64,000 bases of DNA from a bacterium (GCA_965209155.1 OZ242383.1:352001-416000); one strand, 5' to 3'; positions 50,080-58,989 are shown, counted from the stretch's first letter. Numbers and translations are program-made. Notes: a model not told the origin generated them from the sequence alone.

Positions 50080-50358
50080 TCAAGTCAGTTCTAAATGTAA
50101 TTTTTTGCCTAAAGCAAACGCCGCACGTTCAAGAGTTTGTAAGGTTACAGAGACATTTGAGGGATCAAGCAATCTATTCAATGCGGAGCGACTCGTTTTC
50201 ATTCTTCTAGCCATGTCGGTTTTCGTTATGTGCTCTTTTTCCATTAATTGTTGGATCTGAAACGCTAATACTCGCTTCACAGCAATTGCTTCTGTTTCTG
50301 CTAAAAGGTTTTCTTCTTCCAGAAATTCATCAAAATTGCTACCCACATATTTGTTCAT
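50080..50358 (-). CDS. XRE/HTH antitoxin (HigA-like)
   Basis: GSNFDEFLEEE...AVKRVLAFQI...TKTDMARRMKTSRSALNRLLDP...VTLQTL. Confidence 0.88.
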   Translation of the reverse strand: MNKYVGSNFDEFLEEENLLAETEAIAVKRVLAFQIQQLMEKEHITKTDMARRMKTSRSALNRLLDPSNVSVTLQTLERAAFALGKKLHLELT

Positions 50359-50702
50359 GTTTCCTCTTTGATCTGTTTTAATCGTCTCCTGCTCACGTCT
50401 AATTCTTTTTTTGGAATTTTTTGCGTCTTTTTAACAAAGCCGTGTAAGAGAACCATCAGATCATCTTGAATTGTGAAAATGATACGAGCAATTCCAAATG
50501 AGATGTCAGATCTCACTTCCCATAGTTCTGTTTCTATCTTTCGAACGAGAGGCATGCCAGGTGGCCATCCAAATTGCACCGTTTTTATATCTTTTCCAAT
50601 TACCTTTTAGTCTCGACGGTCCAACGATCTGAGCCATTCTCTAACGGGTTCATTTCCTGCTTGACTCCTGTAAAACACAACTTCCAAACGTAAATTTTCC
50701 AT
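50355..50702 (-). pseudogene. RelE/HigB-like (Gp49/DUF891-like) toxin with nonsense mutation
   Basis: MENLRLEVVFYRSQAGNEPVREWLRSLDRRD*KVIGKDIKTVQFGWPPGMPLVRK...LLHGFVKKTQK; in-frame TAA at 50607-50609. Confidence 0.85.
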
Positions 50703-50781
50703 AAGATTATGAAATACCATCTTTGGTACGATTGAGTCAATGATATATCGTGAACTGTAAGTATTTGATGAAAATTGAAGA

Positions 50782-50818
50782 GCACAACGACAAGGATAAC
50801 CGGAGTCCAGTTATGGGC
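50782..50818 (-). other. Degenerate attC-like site
   Basis: Minus strand GCCCATAAC...TCCGGTTATCCTTGTC-GTTGTGC, with R''-like and R'-like boxes; shorter than a functional attC. Confidence 0.35.
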
Positions 50819-51162
50819 TCACCCTGAAGGGGCCGTTATACCCCTGAGCGTAGATGATCGCTAAGCGTTTCCGTGACCCGGGCGCGATGTGATCGTGCGT
50901 GGGCTCGGGCCACGCGGCGGGACGCGGGCAGGCTGCTGCGGCCGCGTCGTAGTCGATATTTGATCTGCATCGGTTCCTGGTAAGCGTCTGCAAAAATGGT
51001 TTTGTGGATAAAATTAAAAATCTATCAATCAGGGAGATCCGCTTCTTTATGATCATGAACCAAAAAGCGAAGGTTCACTCCACAATCCAGTGTTTTTTCC
51101 AATGGCGATAATGATCGTAAACGCTTGACGCCTCAACAAGAGTGGACGCATGCGGAAACGCG

Positions 51163-52248
51163 TTAACCCACAACGGTCAGGACTGTTGCCACCGGGTCCC
51201 AATAGTACGGACGATCGACATTCAACTTGTCAATCGAGAGCAGTTCGTCCTCGCTTAGCTGCCAGTCAAAGAGCGCTGCGTTCTCCGCGATGTGCTCGGC
51301 CGAGCCAGATCGAGGGATCACCGCGACGTTACGGGAAATCGTCCACTTCAGGACGACCTGATCAGGGATCTTGCCGTGTTTCTGTGCGATTGCGTCAATC
51401 AGCGTTCGACGATCGCCAGCGTCGATCAAGTGTGAGAGGAGGGAGCCGTAGCCGATCAGCGCAATTCCATGGGATTGCGCATACGCTCGCAACGACGGGG
51501 AAGAGAAGCCAGGGTGAAGCTCCAGCTGGTTGACACATGGCATTACATTCGCGTAGCTTTGCATCTGATCCAGCAGCTCGACCGGGTAGTTGGAGACTCC
51601 GATGTATTTCGCCTTGCCTTGCCGCAACGCCTTCTCCATGGCCTGCCACGCACCCTTGCGGACCGTCAGAGCATGAGCAGCCGTATTTGCCTCCTTCACT
51701 CTTTGTCGCTTGGCTTGCGCGATGAGGTCACGGATGTTGTCGCCATCAGGCAGTCGCTCTGGTCTGACAGCCTCCTCCTTGCCCTGGTAAGTGAACATCT
51801 CAAAGAAGTGGGGGACGGCTGCTGCGTTGTATTCCTCCTTGCTTGCGAATGGGGTATGGATCAGGAGCAAGTCTAGGTAGTCGACTCCAAGTTGCTTGAG
51901 CGTCAGGTCGATAGATGCCTCTTCCCCACCCTTGTCATTGAGCCCCTTGTGATCCCCTGCCGCCCAGAGGTCGTCTGAATTTGGCGGGAAAAAGGCCACT
52001 TTACTCGTAATCCACACGTCCTTACGATCCAGCCCCGACTTGCGGACCCCTTCCCCCACCTCCAACTGATTGCCGTAGAGCAACGCCGTATCAATCATCC
52101 GATAGCCTTGCTTCAGAGCTTCTACCACTGCACGGACACACCGTTCACCATCCAGCCCGGCAGTTCCAAGACCTACCTGCGGCAGCTCACCACTCTGCCC
52201 TTTCACATCGAACTTGAATGTTGGAATCTTACCTTTAAAATCTTTCAT
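51163..52248 (-). CDS. Aldo/keto reductase, copy 1
   Basis: GLGT, IDTA..Y, ITSK, DLLLIH tetrad, IGVSNY, NQLELHP, VIPRS. Confidence 0.92.
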   Translation of the reverse strand: MKDFKGKIPTFKFDVKGQSGELPQVGLGTAGLDGERCVRAVVEALKQGYRMIDTALLYGNQLEVGEGVRKSGLDRKDVWITSKVAFFPPNSDDLWAAGDHKGLNDKGGEEASIDLTLKQLGVDYLDLLLIHTPFASKEEYNAAAVPHFFEMFTYQGKEEAVRPERLPDGDNIRDLIAQAKRQRVKEANTAAHALTVRKGAWQAMEKALRQGKAKYIGVSNYPVELLDQMQSYANVMPCVNQLELHPGFSSPSLRAYAQSHGIALIGYGSLLSHLIDAGDRRTLIDAIAQKHGKIPDQVVLKWTISRNVAVIPRSGSAEHIAENAALFDWQLSEDELLSIDKLNVDRPYYWDPVATVLTVVG

Positions 52249-52428
52249 AGCTTCCTCGTGCGCTGATTTGTAAAAAGCTTCACGCGGTTGTGCTGGACGC
52301 GGTGCCAGGCCACCCAGTCTCCCAGGAGAACGGATTGATCAGTCTGGCGAGGAAGCCTTTTTTGCGTTTCACTACGGATTCAAATTAGCTCCCTGCCTTT
52401 TTTTTAGTTTCTGAAACAGTGTCAAGCG

Positions 52429-52905
52429 TTAACTTTTTTTATTTTTTTTATAGTTCGCTTTGAACGCTTCGTTTTCATCCCATACCTGATCCGCAATTGG
52501 GGAATTATGTCTTATATACATAATCTTTTTCACAGGTTTTATTACATTCCACACCGTTTTAGAACCCTTTTCAAAATGGAAGTGATCACCCGGATTTATT
52601 CGTATGGTTTGTCCTAAATGATCGCTGTTCCTGTCAACTTCTGTGACTTCCAATTCGCCCTCAAGTAGAAAACACATTTCATCCCATGGCCATTCGACCA
52701 GCCAACTTCCCTCAGTACACGACCAAACACCAGTCTGACATGATCCATCTTCAGATCTCCATAATATTTTTATTTCTTGCTCCGCAGATCCTGATAGTAA
52801 ATTGGCATTAGGGCCGATAGGATCAAGCACAACGGTATTCGAGTTGATTAATTTTACGCCCGAAAGCACGTCTTTAGGTAGTTCTTCACTCATTTGTTCT
52901 CTCAT
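52429..52905 (-). CDS. Cupin (DUF861/EutQ-like)
   Basis: GVWSCTEG...WDEMCFLLEGELEV...GDHFHFEKG...W; start uncertain (52947, 52905 or 52893). Confidence 0.8.
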   Translation of the reverse strand: MREQMSEELPKDVLSGVKLINSNTVVLDPIGPNANLLSGSAEQEIKILWRSEDGSCQTGVWSCTEGSWLVEWPWDEMCFLLEGELEVTEVDRNSDHLGQTIRINPGDHFHFEKGSKTVWNVIKPVKKIMYIRHNSPIADQVWDENEAFKANYKKNKKS

Positions 52906-53097
52906 TTGTTCGTGTGTAGCACTTTTAATGTGCAGTGATGCAGACACAGATCACAACGACCTGCATCGGCCAGATTGGAGTTGTCAAATAACCCCCGATA
53001 CTATCTTTTCTATACTGGAACCCGTGGATCGCCTCCCAGGTCTTCAAAGCCATGCAGATCCTAGTACAGGTGCCAGGAAGTAACTGACCATAGCAAA

Positions 53098-53195
53098 TTG
53101 TTCCCATGCTTTGCGTGGGAACACGGGAATAGACGCTTCGCGTCTGACCGCAAAGCGGTCACATCTTGACATTCCCACGTGAAACATGGGAACGA
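53098..53195. repeat. REP doublet, GTTCCCAYGC...GTGGGAA family
   Basis: Terminal inverted arms TTGTTCCCATG / CATGGGAACGA; internal hairpins GACGCTTCGCGTC and GACCGCAAAGCGGTC. Confidence 0.7.
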
Positions 53196-53217
53196 CTTAA
53201 GGTATGTTGGACATGGG

Positions 53218-54321
53218 TCAACTATTTTTGAGCCATGCAGATCCTACGGTTAGGACCGTTGCCACCGGATCAAAATAGTACGGATGATCGACATTCAACT
53301 TGTCAATCGCGAGCAGTTCGTCCTCGCTTAGCTGCCAGTCAAAGAGCGCTGCGTTCTCCGCGATGTGCTCGGTCGAGCCAGATCGAGGGATCACCGCGAC
53401 GTTACGGGAAATCGTCCACTTCAGGACGACCTGAATAGGTGTCTTGTCGTGTTTCTGTGCGATTGTGTCAATCAGTGTTCGACGATCGCCAGCGTCGATC
53501 AAGTGTGAGATGAGGGAGCCGTAGCCGATCAGCGCAATTCCATGGGATTGCGCATACGCTCGCAACGGCGGGGAAGAGAAGCCAGGGTGAAGCTCCAGCT
53601 GGTTGACACATGGCATTACATTCGCGTAGCTTTGCATCTGATCCAGCAGCTCGACTGGGTAGTTGGAGACTCCGATGTATTTCGCCTTGCCTTGCCGCAA
53701 CGCCTTCTCCATGGCCTGCCACGCACCCTTGCGGACCGTCAGAGCATGAGCAGCTGTTTTTGCCTCCTTCACTCTTTGTCGCTTGGCCTGCGTGATGAGG
53801 TCTCGGATGTTGTCGCCATCGGGCAGTCGCTCTGGTCTGACAGGCTCGTCCTTGCCCTGGTAAGTGAGAATCTCAAAGAATTGGGGGACGGCTGCTGCGT
53901 TGTATTCCTCCTTGCTTGCGAATGGGGTATGGATCAGGAGCAAGTCTACGTAGTCGACTCCAAGTTGCTTGAGCGTCAGGTCGATAGATGCCTCTTCCCC
54001 ACCCTTGTCATTGAGCCCCTGGTGATCCGCTGCCGCCCAGAGGTCGTCTGAATTTGGAGGGAAAAAGGCCACTTTACTCGTAATCCACACATCCTTACGA
54101 TCCAGCCCCGACTTGCGGACCCCTTCCCCCACCTCCAACTGATTGCCGTAGAGCAACGCCGTATCAATCACCCGATAGCCTTGCTTCAGAGCTTCTACCA
54201 CTGCACGGACACACCGCTCACCATCCAGCTCGGCAGTTCCAAGACCTACCTGCGGCAGCTCACCCCTCTGCCCTTTCACATCGAACTTGAATGTTGGAAT
54301 CTTACCTTTAAAATCTTTCAT
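53218..54321 (-). CDS. Aldo/keto reductase, copy 2
   Basis: Near-identical paralog of 51163-52248 (about 23 aa differences by eye, different last residues). Confidence 0.92.
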   Translation of the reverse strand: MKDFKGKIPTFKFDVKGQRGELPQVGLGTAELDGERCVRAVVEALKQGYRVIDTALLYGNQLEVGEGVRKSGLDRKDVWITSKVAFFPPNSDDLWAAADHQGLNDKGGEEASIDLTLKQLGVDYVDLLLIHTPFASKEEYNAAAVPQFFEILTYQGKDEPVRPERLPDGDNIRDLITQAKRQRVKEAKTAAHALTVRKGAWQAMEKALRQGKAKYIGVSNYPVELLDQMQSYANVMPCVNQLELHPGFSSPPLRAYAQSHGIALIGYGSLISHLIDAGDRRTLIDTIAQKHDKTPIQVVLKWTISRNVAVIPRSGSTEHIAENAALFDWQLSEDELLAIDKLNVDHPYYFDPVATVLTVGSAWLKNS

Positions 54322-54365
54322 AGCTTCCTCACTTTCCCGAAATTTGTTGAGCCCGCTTTTCCGAT

Positions 54366-54440
54366 CGGTAGGGGCTTGATCCCCGTGTGGTGCACCCGAT
54401 CGTACTCGCCCTCAAACGTGATCTTGCGGTTGGTCCAGAG
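54366..54440 (-). pseudogene. Fragment of luciferase-like (LLM) oxidoreductase
   Basis: LWTNRKITFEGEYDRVHHTGIKPLP resembles the LWT..V.FEG.Y......I.PLP segment of LLM enzymes. Confidence 0.45.
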
Positions 54441-54555
54441 AGGGAGTGGAGACTCAACAGTTGGGACCTCTCGACCTATTAATTTAAGATTTGAGATATC
54501 AAAAAACCGATTCATTGGCTCCAGGAAAACTGGGCAATGAATCATGTACTAACAT

Positions 54556-54648
54556 AATATGCTCATGCAGCACCTCGTTGACGGGAAGCCGGACGGCATA
54601 GCCGATGTCTCGCAGCTCAGGGTAGTCGTATACCTCGGGCTTGGCAAA
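54556..54648 (-). mobile_element. IS1380-family transposase fragment
   Basis: FAKPEVYDYPELRDIGYAVRLPVNEVLHEHI resembles the IS1380 FA.PE.Y..LE...I.YAIRLPAN.VL motif. Confidence 0.6.
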
Positions 54649-54725
54649 TACCGTCCGGGGTCCCCGAAGGGCCCCGGATGCTCTCTCAACTCAGCGCTCC
54701 ACTCGCCCACGCAAGTAGCGCTACC

Positions 54726-55718
54726 TTAATTCCGCATTCCTTCTTTTATTGCTGCTTCTACCGCATCCACATTATCCTTGTTGATGTAGTAAGGCCCGGT
54801 AAAAATGTCATTAGCCGGCACGAACCCCCACTTTTTATACAGGTACAGCCAATGAATAGTCAGATAGCCCTCCAGCCATTGCTGCTGGTCAGTCATTCCC
54901 AGCATTTCTCCCTTTTTGACCGCCTCCATGACATCTTCTCCCATGTCGAAAGTGATATTCGAGACTTTATCAATTAAGCCCTCCTCCTTGAAGAAATCCC
55001 TGGCAACTTCATTATAAAGGTAGTACGAGGACGTGGTTACAAATCCGTCGGTCTCGGGATGTCTCGTCCAATGAGCGCGATACTTTTCCAAGTTTTCGGT
55101 AGGGTTCTGGTTTATTGCGATAACGGTGACTTTCACACCTCGCGGTTCCAAAATATCCTTAACGCCCGCAACTCGCGCCTCAAGCATACTCAAGCCAGGC
55201 ATTTGGTTTGCGACCAACACATGTTTAATCCCGGGCCGAGCCTTGAGCAACTCCTTGGCGACTACTTGACCGGCAAGTCTTGAGTTTTCACCGACGTAAA
55301 ACAGGTACGGGATTTTTTCTCCCTCTGGACTAAAGTCTTTGGCGTTGGCAGCTATTACCGGTATTCCTCTATTAATTGCCCTCATGGCGGGCCCTTCAAT
55401 TAAGGCTTTGTTGCTGATAGCTATCACCAAACCGTCAGGGTTTAAGGCAAGAACCTCGTCTATGCGGTTAGCCTGATCCTCATGCGATTCCTTGGGAAAC
55501 ATATGGAAAACCACCTTAACATTGTACCGTTTGCCGGCATCCAAAGCCCCTTTCTCAAGCGTAAACCAGAATGGGCCCGGCGACGACTGCATAACAAGAT
55601 GGAACTCGTACTCCGGATTCTCAGGCTCATAGGTCTTGGCAAGCGTTGAGTTGAAGGGTGCCAATACCAGCATTAAAGCTACAAACAGACCCACAAACCC
55701 TAGTTGTATTTTTTTCAT
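54726..55718 (-). CDS. Sugar ABC transporter substrate-binding protein
   Basis: Signal peptide from ATG 55718 with AAGGAG RBS; PFWFTLEKGA, PDGLV, YVGEN, DQQQWLEGY. Frame is also open to 55808 through the duplicated start. Confidence 0.9.
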   Translation of the reverse strand: MKKIQLGFVGLFVALMLVLAPFNSTLAKTYEPENPEYEFHLVMQSSPGPFWFTLEKGALDAGKRYNVKVVFHMFPKESHEDQANRIDEVLALNPDGLVIAISNKALIEGPAMRAINRGIPVIAANAKDFSPEGEKIPYLFYVGENSRLAGQVVAKELLKARPGIKHVLVANQMPGLSMLEARVAGVKDILEPRGVKVTVIAINQNPTENLEKYRAHWTRHPETDGFVTTSSYYLYNEVARDFFKEEGLIDKVSNITFDMGEDVMEAVKKGEMLGMTDQQQWLEGYLTIHWLYLYKKWGFVPANDIFTGPYYINKDNVDAVEAAIKEGMRN

Positions 55719-55858
55719 TTTTTTCTCCTTTGTTTTAGATTCCGGGGATGGACTTACTCCATTCCCAAGTTGTATTTTATTCATTTTTTTCTGTTGTATT
55801 TTATTCATTTTTTTCTCCTGTATTTTAGATTCTGGGGACGGACTTACTCCATTCCCAA
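55703..55858. repeat. Tandem duplication of the SBP translation-start region
   Basis: 66-nt units at 55703-55768 and 55793-55858 with a 24-nt partial copy between them. Confidence 0.9.
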
Positions 55859-55941
55859 TTTAAGTTTCATGTTTTGTAACTCATTATCGCTATATCACCT
55901 CCTTCCCTTTTCCAGAATAAGCTATCGGAGACGCCCCCTCA

Positions 55942-56721
55942 CTAGTCTATCTCAGCGACCCCGCTGACAATGAACTCTGAGAGTTCATCAAATGTTTTTT
56001 CAGCCTTGGAGAATGAGCCGGCTAACCTTCCGTGAGACAGAACGGTAAAACGGTCCGCAATCGGATAGACATGATGCATATTATGCACAATCAGGATCAC
56101 CGACACACCCTCCTCCCGGGCTCTCTTTATCATTTCCAGTACCTTTGCCGTCTCCTTCAATCCCAGAGCAGCGAACGGCTCGTCCAGGATCAGTAATTTC
56201 GTCTCAAAGTAGATTGCCCGGGAGAGGGCGATGGCTTGGCGTTCGCCACCGGATAGCTTGGCGGCGAATTCGTCGACAGACCTCACAGTAATCCCGGTTT
56301 TTTCTAGTGCCTTTCTCGTTTCGCTGCGCGCCTTGCCTATCTGAAGGAAGCGAAAAGGCCCTATCTGTGAGCAAACAGCTTCTTCTCGCCCAAGGAACAT
56401 ATTGCGGTATATACTGAGGGTGTCAACGAGTCCCAGATCCTGGTAGACCGTGGAAATGCCGCGATCCATGGCATCGTGGGGACTATGTAAACTGATGGGC
56501 TGCCCTTCCCACAGTAACTGGCCCTCATTCGGAGAGTGAACACCAGTAAGCACTTTGATTAAAGTTGACTTTCCGGCACCATTATCCCCAAGGAGGCCGA
56601 CAATCTCAGCCTGACCATCCCGCCCTATCTGAAAGTCAACCCCGTCCAAAGCATGTATGGGACCAAAACGCTTGACAATGTTCCGTCCCTCAAACAGCCA
56701 ATCTCCTTTATTATTACTCAT
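55942..56721 (-). CDS. Sugar ABC transporter ATP-binding protein
   Basis: GDNGAGKST, VYQDL, LSGGERQ, LDEP. Confidence 0.9.
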   Translation of the reverse strand: MSNNKGDWLFEGRNIVKRFGPIHALDGVDFQIGRDGQAEIVGLLGDNGAGKSTLIKVLTGVHSPNEGQLLWEGQPISLHSPHDAMDRGISTVYQDLGLVDTLSIYRNMFLGREEAVCSQIGPFRFLQIGKARSETRKALEKTGITVRSVDEFAAKLSGGERQAIALSRAIYFETKLLILDEPFAALGLKETAKVLEMIKRAREEGVSVILIVHNMHHVYPIADRFTVLSHGRLAGSFSKAEKTFDELSEFIVSGVAEID

Positions 56722-57694
56722 TCCGCCCCCCCAAAGCTCGCTTTTGAGAGGTGATGTTAACTGTAACCGCAATTAATATTACCATTCCCACGGCTCCTTG
56801 ATAATAATAGCCAGGCACTCCCGAGAGGCTCAAGCCATTCTGGATGATGGCAAGCAGGAACACCCCAGACACGACGCCCATAACTGAGCCATAGCCGCCG
56901 GACAATCGGGTGCCCCCCATCACCACCATAGCAATCGCAAACATCTCTGTCAGGAAACCGCGCCCAGAGTGTATCGCCGAGAACCGCGTCAGTTGTGCCA
57001 GACCCGCCAGGGTAGCCAGCCCAGAACACAGACCGAACAATATCACCTTAACACGGTCGACGGGCACTCCCGCTTGTATAGCCGCCTGCTTATTTCCCCC
57101 GGTGGCGAAGATCCAATTGCCGAAGCGCGTCCTATGTAAAATGAAGAAAAGAATAACCGTCACCCCGAGGAACCATAGAGTCGTCATCCATAAACCACTC
57201 TCAAACCGATAATTGAAAATCTTAAAAAAGGGATCCTTCCGATTTACATATACAGGCGCTTCAACCATTGCATAATTTATCCCTCGCAAAAACATCATCG
57301 TACCCAGTGTAATAACGAAAGCATGAACACGAAATTTGACGACGGCAAAACCTTGCGCAACCCCAATGGCTACCCCCATAATGAGCACCACGCCCATGGC
57401 AATCGGGGACGCGACGCCAGCTTTCATCATCAGTGCCGCGCATATCGAAGTAAATCCCCACACTGATCCCACCGAGAGGTCAAACTCGCCGGCAATCATG
57501 AGAAGACCGACGCCTAAAGCGACGATTCCCACTTCAGATGCCAGAGTCAGCATGGAGATGGTTGACCTGGCTGTCATGAAGTGATCTGTCCCCAATGCGA
57601 AGCCGAGATACACAGCCAGGACGGCAACAAAGGCTCCTCCCTCGGGGTGGTTAGCCAGAAATTCTTTAAGACGAACAATCGAAGAATTTAACAT
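56714..57694 (-). CDS. Sugar ABC transporter permease
   Basis: GEFDLSVGS, FVITLG, FGNWIFATGGN, VMGGTRLSGGYGS. Confidence 0.9.
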   Translation of the reverse strand: MLNSSIVRLKEFLANHPEGGAFVAVLAVYLGFALGTDHFMTARSTISMLTLASEVGIVALGVGLLMIAGEFDLSVGSVWGFTSICAALMMKAGVASPIAMGVVLIMGVAIGVAQGFAVVKFRVHAFVITLGTMMFLRGINYAMVEAPVYVNRKDPFFKIFNYRFESGLWMTTLWFLGVTVILFFILHRTRFGNWIFATGGNKQAAIQAGVPVDRVKVILFGLCSGLATLAGLAQLTRFSAIHSGRGFLTEMFAIAMVVMGGTRLSGGYGSVMGVVSGVFLLAIIQNGLSLSGVPGYYYQGAVGMVILIAVTVNITSQKRALGGRNE

Positions 57695-57717
57695 GAATTT
57701 ACGCTCCTTCTGCTTAT

Positions 57718-58701
57718 TTACTCACCACGAATCCCCAGAACGCGCCTATACACGCTGGTGTTAATGATAACCGAGACCACTATTAGAACCCCCAACATTG
57801 CTTCAAAGAGCATGGTGGGAAAGTCCGTCAGAACCAAGCCGGTTCTGATTATGGTAATCACGATCACCCCAAAAACGGTCCCCAAAACTGAGCCGAAGCC
57901 TCCCGTCAATAGAGTGCCACCGATCACAATCGCAGCGATCGCCCGAAATTCCATAAATTCCCCGCGCAGCGGGTCCACAGCGCCGAACCGCGTCCCTTGA
58001 ATGATGCCCGCCAGGCTGACCAGTCCGGACGTCAGACCGAACAGCATCAACTTGACACGGTTGACGGGCACTCCCGCTTGTATAGCCGCCGTCTTATTTC
58101 CCCCGGTGGCGAAGATCCAGTTGCCGAAGCGCGTCCTATGTAAAATGAAGAAAAGAATAATCGCCACCCCGACGAACCATAGAACCGAAATGTTAATTCC
58201 ATTCTCAAACCGATACGCGAAAATCTGGAAGAAGGGGTCCTTATGATCTGGTGATACCGGGAACCCTTCCGTTATTGCCAGTACGACTCCCCGCCAGAAC
58301 ATCATCGCCGCCAGCGTAACAATGAAAGACGGAACACCTAATTTGACGACGGCAAGACCATGCAGAAGCCCAATGGCTACCCCTATGATGAGCGTCATGA
58401 CCGCAGCAATCGGGGCCGGGAGGCCAGCGTTCACCATCAATATCAACAGAACGCCACTCAATGCCAATACTGATCCCACCGAGAGGTCAAACTCGCCGCC
58501 AATCATGAGAAGAGTGAAGCCCATAGCGACGATTCCCCATTCAGCCCCTATAAACATCATGTTGGTCAGTGTGTGGGATGTTAGGAAGTTTTCTGCCCAC
58601 AATGAGAAGAAGCCAAACATCACCAAAGTGGCAACGCCTGCTCCGGCTTCGGGGTGCTTCGTAAAAAGCCCTCTGAGACGATCTAAGATAGATTTTGGCA
58701 A
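57718..58701 (-). CDS. Sugar ABC transporter permease
   Basis: GEFDLSVGS, PSFIVTL, FGNWIFATGGN, VIGGTLLTGG. TTG 58701 has an AAGGAG RBS; the longer ORF start overlaps the promoter. Confidence 0.9.
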   Translation of the reverse strand: MPKSILDRLRGLFTKHPEAGAGVATLVMFGFFSLWAENFLTSHTLTNMMFIGAEWGIVAMGFTLLMIGGEFDLSVGSVLALSGVLLILMVNAGLPAPIAAVMTLIIGVAIGLLHGLAVVKLGVPSFIVTLAAMMFWRGVVLAITEGFPVSPDHKDPFFQIFAYRFENGINISVLWFVGVAIILFFILHRTRFGNWIFATGGNKTAAIQAGVPVNRVKLMLFGLTSGLVSLAGIIQGTRFGAVDPLRGEFMEFRAIAAIVIGGTLLTGGFGSVLGTVFGVIVITIIRTGLVLTDFPTMLFEAMLGVLIVVSVIINTSVYRRVLGIRGE

Positions 58702-58775
58702 GGTTACGCTCCTTATTAAATCAGGGACCTCTCCCTTCCTCAGCGGAAAGAATTGATTTGTGTGAATAGTATTAG

Positions 58776-58790
58776 GCAATGATAGTGCCA
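58776..58790 (-). promoter_or_regulatory. Sigma-54 (-24/-12) promoter of the sugar ABC operon
   Basis: TGGCACTATCATTGC on the minus strand (TGGCAC-N5-TTGC), next to a GAFTGA-containing activator gene. Confidence 0.85.
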
Positions 58791-58879
58791 AAACGGCGTG
58801 GGATAGTCTAAGTGACTGAATTCACTAGAATAATTGATTGACAGAGGAAGTTTCGACAGGTTTTGAAAAGATCGCGAAG

Positions 58880-58989
58880 TGGGGCCAAATGGCCCCATAC
58901 TACCGTAGATTTTTAGGGTAACCTACTGAAATTTAAGGAAAAATTAAAACTGGGGTCATTTCGCCACATTATGGGGCTCAAACACCCCA
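58880..58989. promoter_or_regulatory. Three palindromic upstream-activator-like sites, TGGGG-N8-CCCCA
   Basis: 58880-58897 TGGGGCCAAATGGCCCCA; 58951-58968 TGGGGTCATTTCGCCACA; 58972-58989 TGGGGCTCAAACACCCCA. Confidence 0.65.

Noticed and set aside
50981..51100. AGCGTCTGCAAAAA, an IS-end-like sequence
   Set aside because: No partner inverted repeat or transposase seen.
51118..52432. Inverted AACGCTTGAC 10-mers on either side of AKR copy 1
   Set aside because: Short, no target duplication, and could be chance or -35 boxes.
55703..55858. CRISPR-like appearance of the repeats
   Set aside because: Only two full units, no unique spacers and no cas genes; it is a duplicated gene start.
58702..58791. 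N-terminal extension of the permease in the ORF track
   Set aside because: It overlaps the sigma-54 promoter; the RBS supports TTG 58701.
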